Notes: generated by a model from the sequence alone, not told the origin. Shown: positions 9,770 through 20,040, numbered from the stretch's first letter. The stretch: DNA of 64,000 nucleotides from Spirochaetia bacterium (GCA_963668315.1 OY764216.1:5216001-5280000), one strand, 5' to 3'. Made by a program: numbers and translations.

Positions 9770-10696
9770 ATGATTATCAATTCGGGAAACAGAACGGATG
9801 TGCCCGCCTTCTTTTCCGACTGGTTCTACCGCCGGATACGGGAGGGGTATGTTCTTGTAAGAAACCCCTACTTCCGCAGTCAGATTACCCGCTATACCCT
9901 CTCCCCCGATGTGGTCGACTGCCTGGCCTTCTGCACGAAAAATCCCCGTCCCATGCTGGCGAGGCTCGACGAGCTGAAGGATTACCGTCAATTCTGGTTT
10001 GTCACGATCACCCCTTACGGGCGGGACGTGGAACCCCGGGTTCCCTCTTTTTCCCATGTCATAGAATCCTTCAAGAAACTGTCCCGCCGCTTCGGTCCGG
10101 ACGCCGTCCACTGGCGCTATGATCCCATATTCCTGACGGACAAATATACCATGGATTTTCATTTCTCCGCTTTCGAAGAGATGTCCCGGGCTCTGGAGGG
10201 ATTTACCCATAGCTGCGTCATCAGTTTTATCGATCTATACGAAAAGACAAAAAGGAATTTCCCGGGGATCAGGGAGGTAAGCCGGGACGAGCAGATTCTG
10301 CTGACCCGGAGGATAGCAGATATTGCCGCCTCTCACGGCATGGGCGTCAACGGATGCGCCGAAGCCCCCTACCTGGGACGATACGGCATAGACACCAAGG
10401 GCTGCATGACAAAGGAGATCCTGGAAAAGGCTCTGGCCGTGGATCTGGCCCCTCCCGCCGGTCAGAGGAAACGGGACTTCTGTCCCTGTCTTCTGGGCAT
10501 AGATATCGGGGAATATGACAGCTGCGCCCACGGCTGCCTCTACTGCTATGCCAACCAGAACAAAAGGGCCGTGGATCGGAATTTCCCCCTCCACGACCCC
10601 CTGTCACCTTTGATGATCGGCTGGCCCGGAGAGGGAGAGGAGATCAAAGAGGCCGTGCAGAAAACCTATCTGACCGGCCAGGGACGGCTTTTCTGA
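9770..10696 (+). CDS. DUF1848 family protein
   Basis: MIINSGNRTDVPAFFSDWF, TKNP, WRYDPI, DIGEYDSCAHGCLYCYAN; start at ATG 9770. Confidence 0.9.
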   Translation: MIINSGNRTDVPAFFSDWFYRRIREGYVLVRNPYFRSQITRYTLSPDVVDCLAFCTKNPRPMLARLDELKDYRQFWFVTITPYGRDVEPRVPSFSHVIESFKKLSRRFGPDAVHWRYDPIFLTDKYTMDFHFSAFEEMSRALEGFTHSCVISFIDLYEKTKRNFPGIREVSRDEQILLTRRIADIAASHGMGVNGCAEAPYLGRYGIDTKGCMTKEILEKALAVDLAPPAGQRKRDFCPCLLGIDIGEYDSCAHGCLYCYANQNKRAVDRNFPLHDPLSPLMIGWPGEGEEIKEAVQKTYLTGQGRLF

Positions 10697-10721
10697 CGGA
10701 CCGTCCCCGTTTTTTCCCGGC

Positions 10722-11879
10722 TTACTTTCCCGCGAGGGTGCTCTTCAGCCTGCGGACTTCCGATCGGGTCATCCCGTTGGCCATCAGGTATTTTTCCGCA
10801 TAGGCTTCCAGATTGATACCGGAAATATCGCTTCCCTTGGGCAACCCGCAGACAACGGTTGTCAGGGAGCTGATGATATTGCTCTGCGCAATAACGGCGT
10901 ACTTTTCGCTTCCTGCCTCCACTCCGTAATAGTTGGAAAAGGAGGTCATATAGTCGGCTACGACTTCATCGAGGGAGGCACCCATGAGGCATTCGACAAG
11001 GGCGCTGGCGAATCCCGCCCGGTCCTTGCCTTCGGTACAGTGAATAAGAAAGGGGCCTTCGTTCTGGGAGAGGAATTTCATCCCTTCCACGAGTTTCTTG
11101 CCGAAATCTTCCGACTCAAGATCAACCCCCATATCCAGGGTGATGATATGTCCCTTTTCGTAAACCGATTGATAGTAGGGAGAGTTGTAGTCTTCCCGGG
11201 CGAAAAAGCCCTCGAGCTCTTCGGAGGAATCGGAAAGGTTCACCACCGTTTTCACGGCGGCCTTGTCCATGAGAACATCGGCATAGGACGCCCGGCCCAG
11301 TTCGTTATTCGCCGGATTGCTGCTTCGGTAGACGAGGCCTGCGGGGATATCGCCCATGGCTATGTTCCGGAAGTTGGCAAAAATCTCATCGCTCCCGTAA
11401 TCTTCCCGGTTATTGGTTCTTTCCAGCTGATGCAGCATGAAGCCGGTCTTATACCCTTCCTTCTCCTTCAGGGTGAATGTCACCTGGGTGCCGGTTTCGG
11501 CGCTGTAGACCTTGGAGAAATTTCCCATGTTGATGGCGACGACAAGAAGTCCCTTTTTCTGGTCATCCCTGACCAGCGGATTTCCCGTGTCCACATCGCT
11601 GTAGGCGGTACAGAAGGGGGCTTCGATCTGATTATCTCCCACGGAGACTGTCAGCATATCGCCCAGTTCATACCCGGCGCCGTACAGGGCTTCGGGAGTG
11701 ATATCCATCGTCAGGTTTCCATACTTCTGCACTTCGGCGACGCTGCCCGTAACGGCGGGATAAACGACTTCCGCGACGGGAGCCGCAGAAACGCCTTCAG
11801 AGCCGGTCGTGGTACAGCCGGCAAACACAAAGGAGACCAGGACAAGCAAAATCAGAATCAGGGTTTTTTCTTTCTTCAT
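10722..11879 (-). CDS. Lipoprotein: SAM-hydrolase C-terminal-like domain fused to a tyrosine/lipid phosphatase (Y_phosphatase3-like)
   Basis: Lipobox FAGC, NFRNI, YRSS, P-loop HCTEGKDRAG, DYMTS; start reassigned to MKKEKTL. Confidence 0.8.
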   Translation of the reverse strand: MKKEKTLILILLVLVSFVFAGCTTTGSEGVSAAPVAEVVYPAVTGSVAEVQKYGNLTMDITPEALYGAGYELGDMLTVSVGDNQIEAPFCTAYSDVDTGNPLVRDDQKKGLLVVAINMGNFSKVYSAETGTQVTFTLKEKEGYKTGFMLHQLERTNNREDYGSDEIFANFRNIAMGDIPAGLVYRSSNPANNELGRASYADVLMDKAAVKTVVNLSDSSEELEGFFAREDYNSPYYQSVYEKGHIITLDMGVDLESEDFGKKLVEGMKFLSQNEGPFLIHCTEGKDRAGFASALVECLMGASLDEVVADYMTSFSNYYGVEAGSEKYAVIAQSNIISSLTTVVCGLPKGSDISGINLEAYAEKYLMANGMTRSEVRRLKSTLAGK

Positions 11880-11985
11880 TATTACACCTTCTTTTAACAA
11901 AATCTTAATAAAATCAGTTTCAGGCTTTTTCAAGTTCTTGTCAATCCGATAAGGAACGGCCATCCCCTTTTCCTTCTTACTCCGT

Positions 11986-13263
11986 TCACCACTCCAGATC
12001 AACGGCCAGGGCAAAGGTCCTGAAATTATCTTCCCAGTTCAGGCGGGCGCAGAGGAATTCAAAGGCATGAAACTGGAGTCCCGTCTGTATATTGATTGCA
12101 TCCCTGTTCATCCCCTTCTTCAGCGTATCGTTCCAGACATAGGAACATTCCCCCAGAATGGCCAGGGAATCCCCCATAAAGGGATGCAAAGGGTACCAGG
12201 CCGACCCGAGGGCGACTTTATCCAGCCCGGCGTAAAGGGAGAAATCATGATAGAGCAGCTGGGGCACCGAAACATCGGCCGCACCGTAAATCGTGCCGCC
12301 CGGCTCGCTCCTCTGCGTGTCATCCAAAGGAGAGACGAGGTATCCCCGAACTCCTATGGCAGCGGAGATCTGAATCGAATTCCCGTTGTTGTTCAGGAGA
12401 GCCAGCTTGACATCCCCGTCTGAATAGGTAAGAAAGGAAGAGTCGGGAAATTCATCCATGTTTACAACATGGGACGTGCCGATCTGAAAAAACTCGCCGT
12501 AGGAACGATGATAGGAAAGGGTGCGGAGCCCCATCGAATCCTGCAGGGAAAAGGAGCCGGACAGGGTATTTCTGGCCGCAAAGACTTCCCCGTTATCAAA
12601 ACTGATCAGACGGGGATAGGGCTTATGATCCAGAAAATCCCCGTAGTTCGCCCGGTTGGCTTCCCGCCGCTCCTCCCGGAGCTTCTTTTTTTCCAGCCTG
12701 CTTTCCCGGGCGAGACGTTCCCGCTCCAGCTCATGCCGTTCCTCCTCCAGCTCCTTTTCATGGGCCAGACGAAGGGATTCCTGCTCCATCTCCCGCCTCT
12801 CCAGATCGGCTTTCATCTGCCTGAGATCGTCGGCGAGCCGTCTTTCAAGCTCCCCGTCGTAAAGGGTTTTCTCTATACGGATCAGGGAGTAATAGGGCCC
12901 CTTCCGGGACTCTTTCCAGGTGGCGGTGATGCCGATTCCCTTAAGGCTCAATTCGGTCCTGACCTGTGTCGCCATACTCACGTTGAGGCTCTCATTCCCT
13001 TCCTGCTGGCTGTAGAATTCCTCCAGGGAACTCTCCACACGGGTCTCTACGGAACGGGCGAATTCGATCCGGGCTCTGTCATCGGCGTCCTCCTGGCTTT
13101 TTGCCGATTCTCCGATTCCCAGATAATAGGTGAAATCGGCGACACGTCCCAGCTCGCCCTGCTGATAATAGATGACCCAGTCGGGAGTCTCTCCCCAGAG
13201 CCCGGAAATCGAAGCAAATAGGATGAGCCAAAGGACCCACAAAATTCTAAGTTGATGACGCAC
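11986..13263 (-). CDS. Exported hypothetical protein: LPP20-like domain, coiled coil, possible C-terminal beta-barrel
   Basis: Signal peptide; YYLGIGES..QEDADDRARIEFARSVETRVES; E/R/K-rich helix; ends in LAVDLEW. Confidence 0.6.
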   Translation of the reverse strand: MRHQLRILWVLWLILFASISGLWGETPDWVIYYQQGELGRVADFTYYLGIGESAKSQEDADDRARIEFARSVETRVESSLEEFYSQQEGNESLNVSMATQVRTELSLKGIGITATWKESRKGPYYSLIRIEKTLYDGELERRLADDLRQMKADLERREMEQESLRLAHEKELEEERHELERERLARESRLEKKKLREERREANRANYGDFLDHKPYPRLISFDNGEVFAARNTLSGSFSLQDSMGLRTLSYHRSYGEFFQIGTSHVVNMDEFPDSSFLTYSDGDVKLALLNNNGNSIQISAAIGVRGYLVSPLDDTQRSEPGGTIYGAADVSVPQLLYHDFSLYAGLDKVALGSAWYPLHPFMGDSLAILGECSYVWNDTLKKGMNRDAINIQTGLQFHAFEFLCARLNWEDNFRTFALAVDLEW

Positions 13264-13476
13264 GGCAAGCCTCCCTGTCCTGAAAAGGAACTACGATTCT
13301 AAGAGAAAAAGACGGAAAAGACAAGGATCGTTTCCTGTTGTGACGATTTCCTTTTCGGGGAGTCCCCGCTGCCACGGGTCGGGCTTTCCCCTCCCATTCG
13401 CTTCTCCGTGGCCCTCTTCCGGCTTCCTGCCGGTCCGCCGGGGCCCCGGGCTCATGTTCGGTACAATCCCTTCTCC

Positions 13477-13513
13477 AAAAAAAACCGCCCGGCCTTACCA
13501 AAAAGACCGGGCG
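13477..13513 (-). terminator. Rho-independent terminator of the ABC operon
   Basis: Hairpin CGCCCGGCCTT/AAGACCGGGCG followed on the minus strand by T8. Confidence 0.75.
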
Positions 13514-13540
13514 ACAGAAATATGCAGTTCAGGGCTGTGC

Positions 13541-14557
13541 CTAGGCCCCTCTGAGATTCAGTTCACCGGCGAAATGGCAGGCGCAGAAATGCCCCGGTCT
13601 GACTTCGCGCAGCTCAGGTTTCTCCTGGGTACAGCGCTCGGTGACATAGGGACAGCGGGGATGGAAATAGCATCCCGTAGGAGGATTGATCGGACTGGGG
13701 ACTTCTCCCTTGAGAACGATTCTATCCATGCGCATCCGCGGATCCGGCTTGGGTACGGCGGACATCAGGGCTTCCGTATAGGGGTGGAGCGGCGTATTGA
13801 AGAGATCCTTCGTATCCGCCGTCTCCGTAACCTGTCCGATGTACATAACCGCCACCCGGTCGGAAATATGCTCCACAACCGAAAGGTCATGGGCGATGAA
13901 AATATAGGTAATACCGTACTTCTGCTGCAGATCCTCCAGCAGATTGATCACCTGGGCCTGGATGGAAACGTCCAGTGCCGATACGGCCTCGTCACAGACG
14001 ATGACGCTCGGATTGGTCGCCAGAGCCCGGGCAATGCCGATCCTCTGTCTCTGCCCGCCGGAGAAAGCATGGGGATACCTTTTCAGGTGGGCGATATTCA
14101 GGCCTACTTCCGAAGCCAGCTGCTTGACCTTTTCATCAATCTCGTCGGATGTGCCCATCTTATTGATCCGCAGAGGTTCGGATATGATATCGTATACGGT
14201 CATACGGGGGTCCAGGGAGCCGTAGGGATCCTGGAAAATCATCTGTATGTCCTTGCGGTATTTCTTGAGTTCCTTACCCTTAAGGTCCAGGAAATTCACG
14301 GTTTTTTCGTCGCCGTGGAAAATGACTTCCCCCTGGCTTGCCGTGATTCCCCGTACGATACAGCGGCCGAGGGTTGTTTTTCCGCAGCCCGACTCGCCTA
14401 CCAGCCCCAGGGTTTCCCCTTTGAAGACATGAACGTTTACCTCATCCACGGCTCTCAGGTAACTGATATGTGATCCGAAGGCCTTCTCCTTCTTTATGGG
14501 AAAGTGTTTGGAGAGGGACTTAACTTCCAGTTGTAGTTGTCTTTCTGCCTCAGCCAT
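13541..14557 (-). CDS. Opp/Dpp-family ABC ATPase (OppF-like)
   Basis: GESGCGKT, FSGGQRQR, DEAVSALD, HPYT, GCYFHPRC. Confidence 0.95.
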   Translation of the reverse strand: MAEAERQLQLEVKSLSKHFPIKKEKAFGSHISYLRAVDEVNVHVFKGETLGLVGESGCGKTTLGRCIVRGITASQGEVIFHGDEKTVNFLDLKGKELKKYRKDIQMIFQDPYGSLDPRMTVYDIISEPLRINKMGTSDEIDEKVKQLASEVGLNIAHLKRYPHAFSGGQRQRIGIARALATNPSVIVCDEAVSALDVSIQAQVINLLEDLQQKYGITYIFIAHDLSVVEHISDRVAVMYIGQVTETADTKDLFNTPLHPYTEALMSAVPKPDPRMRMDRIVLKGEVPSPINPPTGCYFHPRCPYVTERCTQEKPELREVRPGHFCACHFAGELNLRGA

Positions 14558-15572
14558 TCTGTTTTTCTCCTGTCATATCGGTGTATTTGAAGCAGCGAAC
14601 AAAATGCCCTTTCTCCACTTCGATGAGAGGGGGATTCTCTTTGTCGCACTTGCCGCTCATACACTCGGAACACCTTTCGTGGAAACCGCACATGGGAGGC
14701 AGCCCCAGGGGAACCGGTACGGACCCTTCGATGGACGCCAGCTTTTCCCTCGTCTCCTTGCCCATCACGGGGATGGACTTGAGAAGGCCCTTCGTATAGG
14801 GATGCATGGGATTATGGAAAATATCGTCCACAGGGGCTTTCTCCACCACCTTTCCCAGATACATAACGGCCACTTCGTCGCACATTTCGGCCACCACGCC
14901 CAGGTCATGGGTGATGAAAAGGATACCCATGCCGAATTCCTTCTGCAGTTCCCTCATCAGCTCCAGAACCTGCGCCTGGATGGTTACATCGAGAGCGGTG
15001 GTGGGCTCGTCGGCGATCAGCAGTTTGGGCTGACAGGAAAGGGCCATGGCGATCATAACCCTCTGCCTCATTCCGCCGGAAAACTCATGGGGATATTCGT
15101 CCAGTCTCTTCTCCGGATTGGAGATTCCGACTTTGCGGAACATCTCTATGGCGATCTGCCTCGCTTCCTCTTCGTTGTCGGTCCGGTGGAGCTTGATGGC
15201 TTCCATAATCTGGTTTCCCATCGTATAGAGAGGGGAAAAGCTGGTCATGGGCTCCTGGAAAATCATGGCGATATCCTTACCGCGGATGGAACGGATCATC
15301 TCCCCGTTCATATCCAGGGCGGCCAGATCCACCGTGTCCTGTCCCTCTTTCCCGTGAAAAAGGATCTCTCCCATAATGCTTCCCGGGGGAGGAACAATTC
15401 TCAAGAGGGCCTGGCTGGTAACGCTCTTGCCGCAGCCCGATTCCCCCACCAGTCCGAGGGTCTTTCCTTCGTATATTTCCAGATCCACTCCGTCCACAGC
15501 CTTGAGGGTTCCCTCGTCGATGGCGAAGTGGACTTTCAGGTCTTTCAGTTCGATCAGTAATTTCTCTTCCAT
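14550..15572 (-). CDS. Opp/Dpp-family ABC ATPase (OppD-like)
   Basis: [28 protein letters not shown]. Confidence 0.95.
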   Translation of the reverse strand: MEEKLLIELKDLKVHFAIDEGTLKAVDGVDLEIYEGKTLGLVGESGCGKSVTSQALLRIVPPPGSIMGEILFHGKEGQDTVDLAALDMNGEMIRSIRGKDIAMIFQEPMTSFSPLYTMGNQIMEAIKLHRTDNEEEARQIAIEMFRKVGISNPEKRLDEYPHEFSGGMRQRVMIAMALSCQPKLLIADEPTTALDVTIQAQVLELMRELQKEFGMGILFITHDLGVVAEMCDEVAVMYLGKVVEKAPVDDIFHNPMHPYTKGLLKSIPVMGKETREKLASIEGSVPVPLGLPPMCGFHERCSECMSGKCDKENPPLIEVEKGHFVRCFKYTDMTGEKQNG

Positions 15573-15581
15573 TTTACAATC

Positions 15582-16736
15582 CTATTTGTAGGGATCCGCC
15601 GCATCACGCAGACCGTCGCCGATAAAGTTGAAAGCCAGAACCGTGACAACTACGGCGAACAGGGGCCACAGCAGCCAGGGGTAAAGGGCGATATTCTGTA
15701 TCTTCTGTGCTTCCTTGAGAAGTACGCCCCAGCTTACGATGGGATCGCGCAGACCCAGACCTAAAAAGCTCAGACTCGTCTCGCCCAGGATCATGTTGGG
15801 AACGGCCAGGGTCAGCTCAACGATGAGGTAACTCAGGAACCCCGGAACCAGGTGGGAAAAGATGATACGGTTCATTCCGGCGCCGGAAACACGGGCCGCC
15901 ATAATATAGTCCTCTTCCCTCATGGAGATGAACTTACTTCGCACACGACGGGCGATGCTGGTCCATCCGATAAAGGAAAGGATGATCGTAATGAGAAAGT
16001 AAACCCTCAGGGGAGGGAGGTTCGGCGGAATGGCCGCACTGAGCGCCATCCACAGAGGAATCGTCGGGAAGGAACGAATTACCTCGATGACTCTCTGGAT
16101 GATAACGTCCGCGACGCCTCCGACAAGACCGGAGATTCCGCCGATGAAGACACCCAGGAAGATACTTAAAAATACACCGATAAGGCCGATGGACAGGGAG
16201 ATTCTCGTTCCGTAGATAATCAGGGTCAGAAGGTCGCGTCCCAGCCGGTCCGATCCCAGAAGGAAAACGGGAATGTCCGATTTGGTTCCGAAGAAGTGTC
16301 TTTTCGCTTCCCAGAGTCCCCAGAACTTGTAGGTATCGCCCTTAACAAAGAAGTGTATGGGAGCGACGACCTCCGTATCCTCTACAAACACTTTCCTGTT
16401 GGTAACGGGATGGCGTTCGCTCTTGAGGCCGTAAACGAAAGGCCTCAAGTGGAATTTTCCCTCCTGATCAATCCAGTGGATCTTGGAAGGAGGACAGTTG
16501 GTATACTGCTCCTGATAGACATCGGTCAGATAGGGTGAAAGGAACTCGGAAAAAATCGCCGACAGGGCAAAGAAAGCCAGAATAACCAGGCTTATTTTTG
16601 CCAGGGTATGCTTTTTGAATTTTTTCCCCATCAGAGCCCACTGGGAAGAGAGATAGTAATCTTCCTTGTTCTGCAGCTCCGCTTCGGCCCCTTCCGGTTT
16701 ATTTATTTTCTTAAAGAGGATTTTCTGTAAATTCAT
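15582..16736 (-). CDS. Opp/Dpp-family ABC permease (OppC-like)
   Basis: LGSDRLGRDL, EEDYIMAARVSGA, ETSLSFLGLG; start reassigned to MNLQK. Confidence 0.93.
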   Translation of the reverse strand: MNLQKILFKKINKPEGAEAELQNKEDYYLSSQWALMGKKFKKHTLAKISLVILAFFALSAIFSEFLSPYLTDVYQEQYTNCPPSKIHWIDQEGKFHLRPFVYGLKSERHPVTNRKVFVEDTEVVAPIHFFVKGDTYKFWGLWEAKRHFFGTKSDIPVFLLGSDRLGRDLLTLIIYGTRISLSIGLIGVFLSIFLGVFIGGISGLVGGVADVIIQRVIEVIRSFPTIPLWMALSAAIPPNLPPLRVYFLITIILSFIGWTSIARRVRSKFISMREEDYIMAARVSGAGMNRIIFSHLVPGFLSYLIVELTLAVPNMILGETSLSFLGLGLRDPIVSWGVLLKEAQKIQNIALYPWLLWPLFAVVVTVLAFNFIGDGLRDAADPYK

Positions 16737-16737
16737 G

Positions 16738-17736
16738 CTAGTTCTCCATCTTACCCGCACGGATTCGCGGATCAAGCCAAGCCAAGAGAATATCGGAAAT
16801 CAGCGTTCCGATAACCGTCAAAATGGCAAGGATCATAAGCAGGGTTCCCGCCAGATACATATCCTGGCTTGTCAGGGCCCGGTAAAGCTGAGATCCCTGG
16901 GTGGGAAGATTCAATACGATGGCCGTAACGGTGGATCCCGAAAAGATAGAAGTGAGAGACCAGCCGATTGTACTGACAACGGGGTTCATGGCCGCTCTTA
17001 CGGGGTATTTCCAGAGCAGTTTGGTCTCGTTGACACCCTTGGCGCGCGCCGTGACCACGTACTGCTTGCGGATCTCATCCAGCAGCTGCCCGCGGATGAT
17101 TCTAATGAGACCGCAGGTACCGGCCGTACCGATAACCACAACGGGAATAACCATATGCTTCAAAAGGTCGCCCACCTTGGCAAAGCTCCAGGCGGCGTCG
17201 ACGAACTCGCTGGAAAAGAGACCGCTCAAGAGCTGTCCCGTATGCTTATAGGTGAAGTACATCATAAGGATAGCCAGCAGAAAGTTCGGCAGAGCCAGCC
17301 CGATGAAGCCGATAAACGTGGCGATAAAGTCGCCGGGAGAGTATTGATGCGTAGCCGAATAGATGCCGATGGGCACCGCCAGTATATAGGTAAAGAGAAG
17401 GCTGGCCAGTGAAACCACCAGGGTCAGCATAATTCTCTGTCCGATCAGGTCGGTTACGGGTTTTTTCCATTCAAAGGATATTCCGAAATCGCCGTGAAGA
17501 AGGATTCCCTTCATCCACTTGGCGTACTGAACGACAACGGGCTGATCAAGGCCCAGATCCGCCCTTAGCTGATCGATCATCTGCATGTCGACCTTGTCTC
17601 CCATTTCCCTCATCTGAGCCACATAGGTTGTCAGAAAGTCACCGGGGGGAAGCTGGATAATCCAGAAAGCTAAAAAGGATATAAGAATCAGAGTCGGAAT
17701 CATTACAACGACTCTTCTCATGATGTAATTAAACAT
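16738..17736 (-). CDS. Opp/Dpp-family ABC permease (OppB-like)
   Basis: MFNYIMRR, LGLDQP, GDFGIS, YVVTARAKG. Confidence 0.93.
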   Translation of the reverse strand: MFNYIMRRVVVMIPTLILISFLAFWIIQLPPGDFLTTYVAQMREMGDKVDMQMIDQLRADLGLDQPVVVQYAKWMKGILLHGDFGISFEWKKPVTDLIGQRIMLTLVVSLASLLFTYILAVPIGIYSATHQYSPGDFIATFIGFIGLALPNFLLAILMMYFTYKHTGQLLSGLFSSEFVDAAWSFAKVGDLLKHMVIPVVVIGTAGTCGLIRIIRGQLLDEIRKQYVVTARAKGVNETKLLWKYPVRAAMNPVVSTIGWSLTSIFSGSTVTAIVLNLPTQGSQLYRALTSQDMYLAGTLLMILAILTVIGTLISDILLAWLDPRIRAGKMEN

Positions 17737-17803
17737 TGGTCCTCCATATTGCTGCCGCTTCCTCTCGCATAGCAGCAGGAACCGGGTTTGGCAGTTTTTA
17801 AAT

Positions 17804-17840
17804 GAACCCCGCTTCCGTGACTTACCCAAAAGCGGGGTTC
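17804..17840 (-). terminator. Intercistronic hairpin after the binding-protein gene (attenuator or mRNA stabiliser)
   Basis: GAACCCCGCTT...AAGCGGGGTTC inverted repeat between the SBP and permease genes. Confidence 0.6.
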
Positions 17841-17874
17841 TGATTTACTTAATATAATTTTTCTTCTGAAAAAC

Positions 17875-19803
17875 TTACTGCTCGTAGTACATCTGCCAGG
17901 GCCACAGGGCACCGACATTTCTCAGAGCGTCATAGTCATTCAGACCTTCAGCCACATTACCCATATCGGCGTTGACAACTCCGATGGAGGGCAGCAGACC
18001 GATAGTACCGATGGCCCAGAGGTTCTTCTTGCTGAGATCGACGATCTCTTTGGCAAGCTTGTCAACCTCGGCCTGGTCGGTGATGGTCTGGATTTTCTGG
18101 TAGTTCTTGATAACCGTAGCCAGATCACCGTAGGGGGCCTCGCCCTGCTCGCCGTCAGACTCGACATAGCGTCCGGCCATACCGGCGAAGTAATGCTCGC
18201 GGGTAAGGGGGATCATGCAGGAGTGGTCGAGAAGGAAGGAAACTCCCTCGTAACCCCATACGTAGATGTCCAGGTCGTTGTTGTCGCGCAGCTCTTCGAG
18301 AAGAGACCGTTCCATGGTTTTCACGATGGCTTTGATACCCACTTCTTCCATGTCTTTGGCAGCCAGGACGATGGCGTCGGCGTTGGTTCTGTCGTTCTGG
18401 AGAAGAACTTCGAATACCTTGCCGTCGGGGCGGAGTCTGTATTTATGATCGGCGTCCCACTTGAGGCCCATCTCGTCCAGAAGCTTGTTGGCCAGGGCGG
18501 GGTCGTAAGCGGTGTAGGCCTTTTCCCATTCGGCATCGTAATAAGCCATGCCCGGAGCCAGAGAAGCCTGGCGGGGTTCACCGAAGCCGCTGAAGGCGAT
18601 TTCCTGAATCATGTCTCTGTTGAGACAGGAGGAAAGAGCCTGTCTGAAGCGGACATCGCGGAAAATCTTTCTCAGAACCGGATCTTTATGGTACAGATTG
18701 GGGTAGAAAGTTTCGTTGGAACCCATGGGCTGTACTTCCCGGATAACCCGGTAGTGACCCTGTTCCTGGTTCTCCATAAGAAGGGTGTAGTTGTCGCCGG
18801 AAGCACCGTCAAGGTGACGGAACTGCATGTCCAGGTCACCGGCGATACCCTTAAGGGTAACGATACTGTTGTCTTCAACGAACTCGTGAACGATTTCGTC
18901 GATGTAGGGGAGCTGATTGCCTTCCGGATCGACCTTGAAGAAGTAGGGGTTGCGGGTCATGACCCATCTCTGGCTGTCATTGGAGTTGGAGGGAACCCAC
19001 GCTCTCATGGTGGGAACGTCGTTCTGGATCCAGAAGTAGTAGAGTTTATCCTTGAGGTAGCTCTTAACATCGGCGTAACCGGCCTCTTTAGCGATTGCGG
19101 CAGCCTTGTCATCTCCGACAAACTCGGGAAGGATGGTTTTCAGATAATGGGTGGGAGCATAGAACTCTCTCACCTGGAAAATCAGGTTCTGAAGAAACAG
19201 AGGAGAGGGAGCGGGGAAGGTCACCTTAACGGTATAATCGTCAATTTTGGTAACATCGCAGATTTCACCGTTGATGTAGAAACATTCGTTTACGGCTCTG
19301 TAAACTTCTTTAAGGATAACATGTTCCCAGTTGAAAACAATATCGTCAGCCGTAAATTCCACACCGTCGGACCACTTGAGTCCCTTTCTCAGATGAAATA
19401 CATATTCCTTACCGTTATCAATAACGTCGAAGCTTTCAGCCACGTCGGGAATAATGGTTTTTCCATCGGGAGCGAACATAACAAGAAATTCCTCGGCCAG
19501 CTTGGCGGGACCCCATTTGTCACTGGGTCCTTTCCAGGCGCGGTTCATGGTACCGCCGTAGTAGCCGATCTGGTCGACCATCTGCTGAACATAGGGTGTT
19601 TCGGGCAGACGCTCACTCAGGGGAGGCAGGGTTCCCGCTTCCACCATTTCGTGAAGCATGGGGGCTTCGTGATGAACGCTTCCCCTTTGAGCGGCAGAGG
19701 CGGAGGCACTTCCGGCTTCTTCACCGCCGTTGGCCATCAGGGAACCGCCGGCTAACAGAGTGAGTAAAATTGCCGTGAGGCAATATCTCAGACTTGTTCT
19801 CAT
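17875..19803 (-). CDS. Family-5 ABC solute-binding protein, probably oligosaccharide-binding
   Basis: Signal peptide; EAPML..MVEAGTLPPLSERLP; LRKGLKWSDG; RNPYFFKVDPEGNQLPYID. Confidence 0.9.
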   Translation of the reverse strand: MRTSLRYCLTAILLTLLAGGSLMANGGEEAGSASASAAQRGSVHHEAPMLHEMVEAGTLPPLSERLPETPYVQQMVDQIGYYGGTMNRAWKGPSDKWGPAKLAEEFLVMFAPDGKTIIPDVAESFDVIDNGKEYVFHLRKGLKWSDGVEFTADDIVFNWEHVILKEVYRAVNECFYINGEICDVTKIDDYTVKVTFPAPSPLFLQNLIFQVREFYAPTHYLKTILPEFVGDDKAAAIAKEAGYADVKSYLKDKLYYFWIQNDVPTMRAWVPSNSNDSQRWVMTRNPYFFKVDPEGNQLPYIDEIVHEFVEDNSIVTLKGIAGDLDMQFRHLDGASGDNYTLLMENQEQGHYRVIREVQPMGSNETFYPNLYHKDPVLRKIFRDVRFRQALSSCLNRDMIQEIAFSGFGEPRQASLAPGMAYYDAEWEKAYTAYDPALANKLLDEMGLKWDADHKYRLRPDGKVFEVLLQNDRTNADAIVLAAKDMEEVGIKAIVKTMERSLLEELRDNNDLDIYVWGYEGVSFLLDHSCMIPLTREHYFAGMAGRYVESDGEQGEAPYGDLATVIKNYQKIQTITDQAEVDKLAKEIVDLSKKNLWAIGTIGLLPSIGVVNADMGNVAEGLNDYDALRNVGALWPWQMYYEQ

Positions 19804-20040
19804 AAAAATCTCCTCATTTCAGATATTAGTATCGAAGGGTTATTCCAAACAGAAATGGACTGCAGGAAAAAGTAAGCCCACCGAACCATAGAAATACTTT
19901 ATACCCGAAATTATCACCTGTCCTGCTTAAAATTGGGGGAAATATTGCAAATCTTGCTTAATCGGGTCTTTCTCGTTTTTTTTTGGTTAATTTTTCATGA
20001 GGAAATGGGGAGAAGTAAAAAATTGTCCAAAAAAAGTAAA

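Noticed and set aside
13541..19803. Calling the ABC system an oligopeptide transporter (opp)
   Set aside because: The SBP type and the glycosidase context favour an oligosaccharide substrate, so gene symbols were withheld.
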